DNA from: Dicyema japonicum
Taxonomy: Eukaryota; Animalia; Dicyemida
DNA: 33,000 bases
NCBI GenBank assembly: GCA_011109175.1
Contig: RDEW01000106.1
Location: 1 to 33,000 of the forward strand
Reading direction: 5' to 3'
Position numbers and translations under genes: made by a program. This document shows, in pieces, positions 23,223-33,000 of this stretch (position 1 is its first letter; each line of letters begins with the position of its first letter). The notes under the pieces were generated by a model. It was given only the letters and a program-made list of their open reading frames with translations. It ran no database searches and was not told the origin of the DNA.

Positions 23223-24099
23223 TTAACAAAGTTGATCAACGTAGATTGTTTCATTACATAGTCAAGTTAAAGTAAACAACTAATTAAGTAAAGTCTAACT
23301 CTTTTTGGAACGGACCTCAAGGGTGGAACACCTCTGTTTTTGATACACCCTCAGGATTTGGAACACTTTGTAAATTTTATTAGAAAATTAATAAAATCCT
23401 TACAAAAAGACCTCGTTTTGGAACAGGTATAATTATTTTAATTTAAAATTAAATTTTACAGTTTCTATATTTTACTATAATTAATTTTTAAATCACGTGC
23501 ATATTTTTGTTCATTTTTTTGCTTGTCTTAAAGTTATCTACACCTTTTATGGGCTTAAACTACGACAAAAAAGTTGAAATTGCTAAACTTCTTTCAAAAA
23601 AGGAACATTCAATTTGAAAACTCACGAGAATGTTTGACACAAGTATCGGAACAATCTCTAGAATTAAGAGAAACATTGTTCCATTTACAAAAAGTGGACA
23701 GATTTATTCAAATGCAGAGACTTCAGAGTCAGTCACTAGTGAATAGCATAAACTTTTGGATTCAAAAGTGTTGGATGTATTTCAACACCTAAGAAAACAA
23801 AACGTTCCAAAAATTTTTTATTCAAAGCAATGAAGAATTATTTGGTTTCAAGCAGAGCAAAGAAAAAGTAACTGTCTTGCTCTGCTGCAGCCATACAGGA
23901 GAAAAATTAGACCCTTTGATCATTGGAAAGTTTCGTAATCCAAGGTGCTTCAAGAATTTCCTCCCGTCAAGCCACAATGTTGTCTATTCTTCATCCAAAA
24001 ATGCATGGATGACAAAAGATGTGTTTAGATGTTGGCTTCATAGAATTAATAAACATTTTTTTATCACAAAATCGGTAAATTATTCTGTTATTGGACAAT

Positions 24100-24139
24100 G
24101 GCATAGTGGTTAGGTGTCGGGCTAAAGTGACTTAGGTTA
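24100..24139 (+). mobile_element. SINE head fragment (copy 4)
   Basis: 40 of 40 nt identical to 4824-4863. Confidence 0.85.
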
Positions 24140-24354
24140 TTATTAATTGTTAGGAAAAAGTGTTTAGCGAACACCAATCCGAGGATCTTAATGGTCATTT
24201 CATCAATGAATAAATTGAAAAAGCTATCGAATATGTTTTAAAAGAAAATGACCCTGAGTCAGAGCAAAATTTTTATAATGAAATTGAGGCTGGAACAGCC
24301 ATTGATAACATAAATAAAATTGAGGAAAACATTTTAAAAATGTTGCGGATTGTC

Positions 24355-25005
24355 TTTTTTTATTTAACCCAAGACCACGGTAAAACAAAACTAATTATCA
24401 CGTGATCCCGATGCATTCTAGCAGAGACCTCATCTTTGCCCGGTGTTCTTCCTTCGTGCCCGCGCATGAACGTACAGGCTGCCTGAATTTTCAGGGCCAC
24501 CTTCCCGTGATCTGGAGTCTAGTCTCATAAGAGCCTCCAGAGGCGTAGGTTCGGGTCGATGATCTTCACAAATCCAACGCTCCGTTACTCTGTAAGCCCT
24601 CTTTTGCATTTCCTCATTTTTGTCCAAGATATGGACGGACCCCACGAGGCGCATGTATATGAGAAACATGGCTCGATGTATTGTTTGTATTCGTTCATCA
24701 AGACTGGGTGAGTACCACTCTTCCATATTCCCGATAAACTTTTCAATACGTTCAGTTTTCTCGCATTTCAATAGAATGTTTTCTACGTGAGGTGTTAAAC
24801 AGAGATGCATATCAATTGTTACACCCAAGATCCTTTGACATCTGTGGAAAGGGATACCGACGTTGTTTAACTTCAAGGTGACTGTCTTCCTTCCCAATCT
24901 TTTGTCCGAGGTAAATAGTGACGTGGACGACTTTTCTGCATTCACCACGAGCCGGTTTTCCATTATCCAGGCATTAAGCCTGTTCAGGTAAATTTGTATA
25001 ATTTA
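24355..25005 (-). mobile_element. 5'-truncated APE-type LINE nested in Tigger
   Basis: YLNRLNAWIMENRLVVNAEKS...RILGVTID. 3' stem at 24370-24410 and an A-rich tail. Confidence 0.85.
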
Positions 25006-25539
25006 AAAAAAATATTCATGCGCAATTTAAAATTTAAATATGGTTATGGACAAAAAATTACTGATTACTTTAAACAATGTTAGTTTTCGTTAAATTCTAG
25101 GGTTTTAATCAACGAAGTATAGTTGTGCACTCAATAATAAATTTTTGTACGATTTTACGAGTAACTTCTATTTTTGGAACAACCATTGTTTTTGAAACAA
25201 TTGGTGTTCCAAATGGAGGCTAGACTGTATATCCAGTTTCCACTTTTACAGAAACAGAGTCCATCCGGAATCTGCATAAAGCGTAAAAGACGTCCATACC
25301 TGCTGTTGTGGAAACCCCTCCAGTGGAGTAGAGGAGAGAAAATTATCCTTTTCTTACCGGCCTGAGCGGCACCTATACAGGTAGATCACATGACGCCTGT
25401 CTTATAAGAAAGGAAAGGGGAGGAACAAGCAAAACAGTCAGAAACTTTGAACCAATTAGCACCACATGGCCCATGCAACGAAGGACAAGATATAACTTAT
25501 AAATAAGACAAACTATTAAATATATTTTAATATCAAAAA

Positions 25540-26588
25540 TCACCGTGTTTTGGTAAATTTAATATAATCTTCCTCAGAAAGTCCGACTTTCTCACAAAAC
25601 AAAGGAATCCTTTTCTCAGAAAAAGTACTCAATGGAATGAATCCTGGGAGACGGGGACAGTATTTGTTCATTCCAAATGTCTTCAACAACTCATGTCTCT
25701 CGTTCAGGAAGGTCAGGGATCGTCTAAGGACGTTTGGGTAAGACAAGATGTGTTCTGTGGGGACTTTCATCACATCAACCACAAATTTGGCCCTCTCATG
25801 CAGAAAGTCGGGGTCTACAAATAAGAGGACAATAAACTTGTGAAATATATACGAGGACATTTCTCCATAATCATCACTCGGTCATCCAAATTGGGAAACC
25901 CGACTGTTAGGGCAAGTCTGTCATTGACTAGTCGGAAGAAATGAGGTTTGTATGACAAGATTCCTCGGTGACTTTAATATCAGGGACCTCATTTGGAAGG
26001 CTGAGGTAAAGTATAAAGAGATACAGTTCAGATTGAGCGTCGAACTCACAGTTGATAGAATTTTCTTGATATCGGGGATTTCGAGAATGAACAGAGGGGG
26101 ATATTTGCTAGCCATCAATCCAAAGTCATATTTGGTCACTTTAAGAGTCTCAATCAAAAAATCCTGTTGGAAACCAAGATCCTCGATATTCTTGGACAAA
26201 ATTAGAGGAGTTCGGTTAATCAAATCAGTCAAATCTGGTCCCTCAATGTTAAGACCTTTGAAGAAGTCAATATAAGGGACAAAGTCACGGTCATAGTTGA
26301 ACAAGACGATTTTATCTGCGTAACGAAATAATAGAAACCAGCCACATGCTTGTATTTGTCAAAAAGGAAGATGTCTATTTTGTGAAGTTTTACCAGATTC
26401 TGAAGAAATGCGGACTTATCGAAATAAGTCGATAAAGTAAATGAAGGGTTAGGTGCTAACTTGCTGACTTGTGGTATAAAGAAAGGACGGGAGAGAAGGG
26501 AGACTATTTGTTGGGAGGAGTTTTCAAGGTAGTTGACATTTGATAGACCGGTAGTGAGTCTTCGGTATAATAATCCACCACAAAACAT
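25540..26588 (-). CDS. MTERF3: Mitochondrial transcription termination factor 3 (mTERF3), 4 exons (26588-26339, 26315-26025, 26000-25838, 25814-25540), about 325 aa
   Basis: Matches animal MTERF3 motifs: PSFTLSTYFDKSAFLQNLV, FNYDRDFVPYIDFFK, VGF, NERHELL and YIKFTKT. Introns are 23, 24 and 23 nt. Exon 3 has one extra base near 25961-25965; removing it gives the mTERF-like PRILSY. Confidence 0.85.
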
Positions 26589-26705
26589 TCAAATCAAAGA
26601 AATGATGTATATTTTAAAATTTATAATTTTAAGAAATATATTTTTTACTCATAAGTAATTTGTTAGTTCAAAGGCATTTTTGGTTGGTGACGTGGTTCCT
26701 GGCAA

Positions 26706-27062
26706 GTATTTATTTAAACAACCCAAGACCACGGTCAAAAATCAAAACTAACTATCACACGATCTTGATATGTTCGAATAAAGTCCTCATCTTTGCCCGA
26801 TGTTCCTCTTTCGATCTCACACATGTATGTATCGGGCGGCTGTTTGTAGAGGTGCCTTGAGTCATCCCGGAATCTAGCCGCATGAGGACTTCTAGAGGAG
26901 TCGGTCCAGATCCATGTTCCCCCCCCACGAGTCCATCGCTTCGTAAATTTGAACGCTCTCCTCTTCATTTCCTCCACTTTTCTTTTATTTGTATTTGGAT
27001 GGAGGATCCCCAGAAACGCATGCATATGAGATACATGGCTCGATGTACTGCTTGTAAGTTTT
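26706..27062 (-). mobile_element. LINE 3' fragment, same family as 24355-25005
   Basis: Colinear with 24355-24700. 3' stem at 26724-26767 and a TAAATAAATA tail. Confidence 0.82.
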
Positions 27063-28969
27063 CAGGTATAAATTTGTCTTATCAACCCGGACAGTATCAA
27101 CAGCCCGGACGCTATCACATACGACAATAATTAACCCATTATCACATTGAGGAGTTAGTAGCTAGCGAATAAGTGGAAGACAGCAAATGACTCCTTTATG
27201 ATGCCGTCCTACACTGGGCACTTCCTGAGACGGATAAATCAAAGATACTACGCCAATGGAAAGAATGAAGACACGGAGCTGATCAAAGGGTGAGAAACCC
27301 TGCTACTAAACAGGGAACCCAAGGACAATTGTCATTTGTGTGATATCCAACCGCTACTAGTAATTTCCTGATAAATCAGTTTATCATATAATTCTTCATA
27401 TAATAGAGGGCAATTATAATTCCAATAAAATGGTTGTTTTGCTGTGTTAACACATTCAGGTAAAATATCCAAAAAAAATAAATAAAAAAAAAATAAATAT
27501 CCAATATATTATAAAAATAATCTATTGGAAGGTAATAAGGCGGACTCCTGTTTCCGATATGGAGTCTATTTTGGGTCCACAGGGCTCATACGAAGAGACG
27601 ATTTAAATCAAAGCAAATTAATTCGCACACTTGGATCGCCCACCTAGAAAAAACTATAACATTCTTGAAGAGAATTTTCAGTTCTGGAATTTCAACTGTC
27701 TTTTAGTATCCACCCCTCTTCTTAACATATTTCTTAATTTCTGACTTTAAAATATCTCAACCTTAATCAAGATTTTGAATTTATACAATTCGTATTTTTA
27801 AAATCAGATTTTTTGTAAGCTGCTTTTTAAAAATTTTATGAATTCTTGAAATTTTTTGGTGACCCAAATTTTTTGAAAACCATCTACAAGAAGATGATGT
27901 AAAATGAAAGAAAGCTGAATGTATTTTTTTATGACAGTAAATGAGCTTTATGAGGAATTTTTATCGGTTCTTCCTCTAACTCGCTTTATTTCTCACTACA
28001 GCGGCCTATCTCAAGCCAAATTCTCAGCTACCTTACGGATCGCACGCTGCACTCTCTTGGAGGCTCAATATTTTTGGACACGTCTGAACCTTTGAACGCC
28101 AAAAATCTTTGAGAAACAGTTTTTACTATCAAATTGATCAAACTCAAATTTGACCAACATCAACATGGATGTATTGGCCCCAAATCGATAAATAAGGCTC
28201 TTTTCGCGGCTTTTCTCTGGACATTTATAAACAATTACTAAACACACATAGGAATCCTCTCCTGTCACATGAGCAAAGAACTTCACATCCAATTCTTCCA
28301 CAAGACGATCAACGAACTAATAGCAAGAGGCTCGAGGCTACAAAGACTAAAACGTTGCAAAAAGAAAATTATTAAATTCTCTGCTCTTAATTCGTTTCCA
28401 CCTTGGTTGAAACATCATCGGGACAAAGTTCCCCGCCCTCCACTGTATTATCAGATCGTCGATACTCAGAAAGTGGAGGTACATCGGAGAAAAAGATGGT
28501 TGATAGAACTCATTCAAATACGAGTTATAAGAGAAAACGTACCTCTCCAACCAACTACTTTGGAGTCAAAAATTTCACTAACCAGAGATCACTTCTTCAT
28601 GCTCAACCTACAATTTCTTGATAAATGTAAAATACCGAGCCATCTTCCAACAGCCTATAACACTTAACAAATACCAAGAATTGGCTTTCTACTAATTCCA
28701 TCAATAGCCTTGGTATCAACTACATTCTGGAGTTACCGCAGAATTGACAGAGGTTCTCTTTTCCGAGAGTTCTCATCAATTTGGCTTGTTTTTTAGTGGT
28801 CACTATATAGCTTTACAGAACAGTCCTTACCCTCTACCTCGTCGACAAAGGACAAGTCACCGTTTCTCTTCCCCGATGCATCATATCCAGTTCTCACCTC
28901 TTAAAGCGTCCTCTTGTACCCAGATTTCCCATCAAAGAGAAAAGAATATTATTTGAAACTCCGGAATCA

Positions 28970-31480
28970 ACGGGAAAGAAAGACAGAACGTTGAATTGTT
29001 AGATGATCCCAGTTCCCACAGAAAGTGCTAATCCAAAGTATGTGGTCTACCATTGTCCCCACTACCGTATGGAAGTGGCTTCTCTCATTCCTGCTGAGGA
29101 ATCTGAATGGAGAAGGAAACTTTTGGACAATCGGTTTTCGTTTGCCAAAGGTGAAGAAGGGTAGTATTCTCCAGTAAATGGATATTGTTGACCCTGGGTT
29201 CGATTCCCTCACTTTTTATATGTCTAAGGTTTATCTTCCTTTCTTCCGTTCTTTCTCTTTTGTCTTGTTTCACTAGAATGGCGTTTTGTGACGTACTTTT
29301 TCCGGTTCTCCTTTTCTCTGACTCTGGATGTCTTGTGTGTAATGTTGGAGATCTCAGCAATACCAAATCATAAACAAAAAATTAAACCCATGTAAGGAGA
29401 GAAAAGACCCCACCTCATTGACAAATCTCGGTATCCAACACTAGAGCAGACGATATCAAACCTATTCCAGTACAAAGCTACCATAGTCCCCACTGCCTTA
29501 TCCATAACAAAAGTACATACTTTGAACGCCAAAAGCAAAAGAAACCTACGTGAGCTTTCTTGGAAGACCCAACAAACCCAGCGAAAATGGTTATCCTAGC
29601 AGAACTCCGTAAAAGAACACGAATGATGTCTATGATGAGAGGGAGACAAAACCTTTAAATGTTCCTAACCAGAGTGGACCAAAGTTCCATATTTTGACGA
29701 GATTTGACAGCAAAAAAGAAAAAGATTGAAACTGATTGGAGAACAAACATTTCCACCAACATACATTTTTGCGGAGACACGTGGTATGTTAAAGGCATCA
29801 TAGCAGACAAACTGATGACGTAATTCGGGTTGTAAATTATGAAAAATAGCACCAAATTCTCCAGAAAAATAGGATTTTCAAGAGTGATTTTAGGAAATGT
29901 TAACCGCGGAGATTTTTTAAGAAACGTAACCCCCAAGTTGGAAAACCAAAGTGAGAGCAAATAAGCTAATATTCGCGACTGAATATAAAAGTTGATAACG
30001 GAAAGGATTACGCAGCAGCAAAACTTTGAAATCAGCCAATATTGGGGTTTCAGCAAAAACAGAGTCTCTACCAAAACAGCACACAACAGATTAAAAATAC
30101 AAAACTGAACGGAATCAGAGGTTTTACAGAGTTGAGAGTCCATAACCGCAATTAATCAAGTTTTTGCTAATTTCAAGAATATTTGGACCATGAACAGTCA
30201 ATCACCCCAATGAATATAAGGACAATAGTAACGCACAAATGCCCCCAAGAAATAAAAAACGTGGCAGAATACCGTGAGAATGAATCCAACAATCCCGATA
30301 TATATCAGATGGTATTCGAATCGGTTCATTCCCCTCAACAATCGCGCTACTAAACCCACGTGGTGTTTGTAAAGTATAGCCGCTGAGAAATTGTTATTAG
30401 ATTTTTCTAATTGCGCCAAAATGAACTTTTGGGAGATCAATCGTTTAGATTCCGTTGATATCCCAGAGAGTTTGCGGAGTGAGTTTATGCAGTTTTGTAC
30501 TCCAATACTGTTCTCCTGAATATATCGATCTTTGATTTCTGCCAATAAATTTCTAAGAAACATAGACGCCGGGACAGGTGGTTTCGAAGTTGTTGGGGAG
30601 AAGATCCTCGATCGGAAATACAAATTCATAAAAAGAGTCAAAACCCCCAGTAAACGAGACAATGTTGAGGCAAAATCAATTTTTCTCACACATTCTGGTA
30701 TTTAGCACAATTTACTGATTTTTGAGGTTCAATAAGCTCACATGAGGAGTATACAAACATGGCAGACTGTCGACTCTCAATTTGGTAGGACGAATGTGTC
30801 CCGTCGACAGTAGCCGGGTGGTCCCCCATCACAAAGAGGATAGAACTCTCGTCCATGTGGTGGATAGTTGTTCTAAGTATGAATACTGGAACACTTTAAA
30901 AGGTGATTAAAGTTTACCAGAGCAAGTCCTACGTTAAAATTGTTCACCGTGTAATCGTGACAGAAGCTATCAAATTCAGCCTTTTTTACCAGATCTATGT
31001 GATTGATCTCTTGGAACCCCTGTTTTTTGTTGTTACCCCCCGTTAGCCACCGGGTTCCTTAAAGAGACTGGGGGTAAATTAATGAAAATATCAACGATCA
31101 TAGAATCACTTTACTTGCAACTGAGTGATGAAGGATATACACATTTAGTTCAATAGGTAGCCTCAACCTTCTGCCAATTAGCTACTAGGTCAACAGGACT
31201 GGGAGGAATTGATGAGAAAATATAATGTCCATGTGATTTCTCCGAGAATAGACCGACCATAAGTCCCAAGGTCAGAACTAAGAGATGATATATTGATAGA
31301 AAAAGGGTAATTTGAATACCCCTCGTCGATATCCACTAAAACAAGCCAAAACCAACACGTCTAGCTTAAAATTATCTACAAATTTAAATATATTTTTAAA
31401 ATTCACATTTATTGCTAAATTCCCTAATCTGGAGTAGTTGGCTAAAGTTGTTGATTATTATTGTAAAAATTTATTGAAGT
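28970..31480 (-). pseudogene. Degenerate PIG-O/PIG-G-like GPI ethanolamine-phosphate transferase
   Basis: NFSQLLQIREFSNK, SILFVMGDHPATVDGTH...SAMFVYS, KIDFASTLSRLLG, NRFEYHLIYIG, then multiple hydrophobic segments. Several frameshifts and stops. Probable small introns, e.g. GTAAATTGTGCTAAATACCAG (21 nt). Boundaries are approximate. Confidence 0.6.
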
Positions 31481-31589
31481 GAAAAAAGTAATTGTGACTT
31501 TGATGGAATTGGAATTTTATCGAAAAATGCTTAAAGAAATTACGCAATGTTGGTGTATTTGATGCGCCAGATTAACATTAAAATTTATT

Positions 31590-31928
31590 TATTTTTAATT
31601 TAATTAATTAAGCACTACCGCGTTGCCATAAGCACGTAAGATGCCTAGGGTTTCGCTTGTGCAGAACACACACTTTATTTAAGTAAAGAACAGTATTTAT
31701 AACTAATCGTAGAGAAAGAACCAAGGAGTGCTCTTCACTTCTTTTTTTTCTTTTTCTTGTGTGTATGTCCATTTGACTATCCAGTTCCGAAGTGAATCTC
31801 CACTGATGATGGCGTCACTCGTTAAACCCTTTTGGCATCGTAGATGCGTGGAACCTCCCACCAGGTGAACAGTAGCGAGAATCGAACCCGTGACCTAAGC
31901 CACTTTAGCCCGACACCTAACCACTGGC
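31590..31928 (-). mobile_element. tRNA-derived SINE, copy 3
   Basis: Reverse complement is colinear with 15086-15406 through GCGGTAGTGC, followed by a TAAT/TAAA tail. The head is partly missing. Confidence 0.88.
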
Positions 31929-33000
31929 TGATTTTTCAATAAATTCTTATTTGTCTCTCAGTACCAACTGTTTACATAGCTCCTATGGAAAGCCGTCATG
32001 CTTTGTCCACGGCTAATCCTTTATTCCTTCGTCTTCTGAACGAATGCACTCGTTGGACCCAGCTCTGTTTTGGAATAAAAAAAGTATGTTGTTCTACAGC
32101 TTTAAACAAATGTTACTTGGATGAGTGCACTATTTGTAACCAAAGAATGTCTCGGATAATCTGAGAAATTTAATCTTCAACTAGAGACCCTCGGCCTAAC
32201 TCTAATCATTTCGAAATATGAGAACAAAGAGTGGAATCAGTGAAACTAACAAAAGAACAACTTAAATAGACATTTACACGTCGGGAGATGTTGAACACAC
32301 ATACATCCGTTTTCCTGCTCTTATCAAAAATTAAACTACATTTTTAAAGTTTCACCTTGTTTTCCTGAACAATCGACTCCCTTTTCAAGGTTAACGTCTC
32401 AAGAAAGTTAAATTTGACGACTAAGGTCACTTCGGTGGTCTGGGAAACCATTGACTTCTGATTTCCATGTTGATCAAAATGATTCCCAATATTAGAGGCT
32501 AATAAAGCAATCAACCAACAACGACTCATCTGTTTTGTTACTGGAAGATGCGAAACGGGGGCTCTTGGATCAATGACCTCCCGATCAGAAGCGTTGGGAT
32601 CTATCATGAAAAAATGAGTCTGCTGGATACTTTAAATCCTAGAACCGGTTAACCTAGACAGAGGAGACGGAAACGATGCCATCTGAAGTAAGAACTGAAC
32701 AGTATTCTCCCATATCTCGTCATATGGTGGGGGATGCCATCAGTGTGGAATGCTACGTGCATCTTTGTCTTTCAAACAACTATACACCACGAAAAAGGGT
32801 GAGAAGGACAATGTGTTATTGACAGGTTCACGTTCTGAAGTGTTATGGTGAAACAACTGAAGAAAAAAAAGAATTTCATTTTCCCAAGAAGATTGGACTT
32901 TCATGATGTAGGTGAGACCAAGGGGATGACAATATAATCTTTAGCCAGAAATTCGCTTAAATTATTCTATCCAAATCTTAGTTGTAACGAGATGGGATAG

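Larger units (their letters stand above)
23291..25227 (+). mobile_element. pogo/Tigger DNA transposon carrying nested insertions
   Basis: Imperfect TIRs AAGTCTAACTCTTTTTGGAAC / GTTCCAAATGGAGGCTAGACTG flanked by TA. DDE_1 motifs LLCCSHTGEKL..LIIGK..NPRCFK, KNAWMT and LLDN, plus an acidic C-terminal remnant at 24150-24350. Confidence 0.85.

Noticed and set aside
1263-29373. Many 60-120 aa ORFs antisense to identified genes and TEs (e.g. 526-708, 1775-1969, 5743-6033, 9256-9471, 21577-21894, 25952-26275)
   Set aside because: They are shadow frames of sequence already explained on the other strand.
1-33000. CRISPR arrays, rRNA or prokaryotic operons
   Set aside because: No regularly spaced repeat-spacer array or rRNA motif was seen, and the genes are intron-containing and eukaryotic.

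Overview
AT-rich eukaryotic DNA, probably from a highly reduced animal parasite such as a myxozoan or dicyemid (inferred from animal-type proteins plus ultra-short introns). Three near-intact spliced genes can be rebuilt by hand: Sec20/BNIP1 (5..727, +), an SLC17/sialin-like transporter (9331..10874, -) and mTERF3 (25540..26588, -). All 16 of their inferred introns are 20-26 nt GT-AG, so the ORF track fragments them. SLC17 and mTERF3 each need one 1-nt indel correction. Broken host genes include an aspartate aminotransferase 3' remnant, an orphan Nramp exon and a degenerate PIG-O-like gene. Most remaining sequence is decayed, nested mobile DNA: APE-type LINEs, RTE, R4/Dong and CRE-type RLE retroelements, a tRNA-derived SINE (4 copies), pogo/Tigger, MULE, an IS630/Tc1-like remnant and a hAT MITE. 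The best leads are the tiny-intron gene architecture, a covarying 3' RNA stem shared by six divergent LINE ends, the SINE family, and two possible twin-priming inversions. All family calls come from motif recognition, not database searches.
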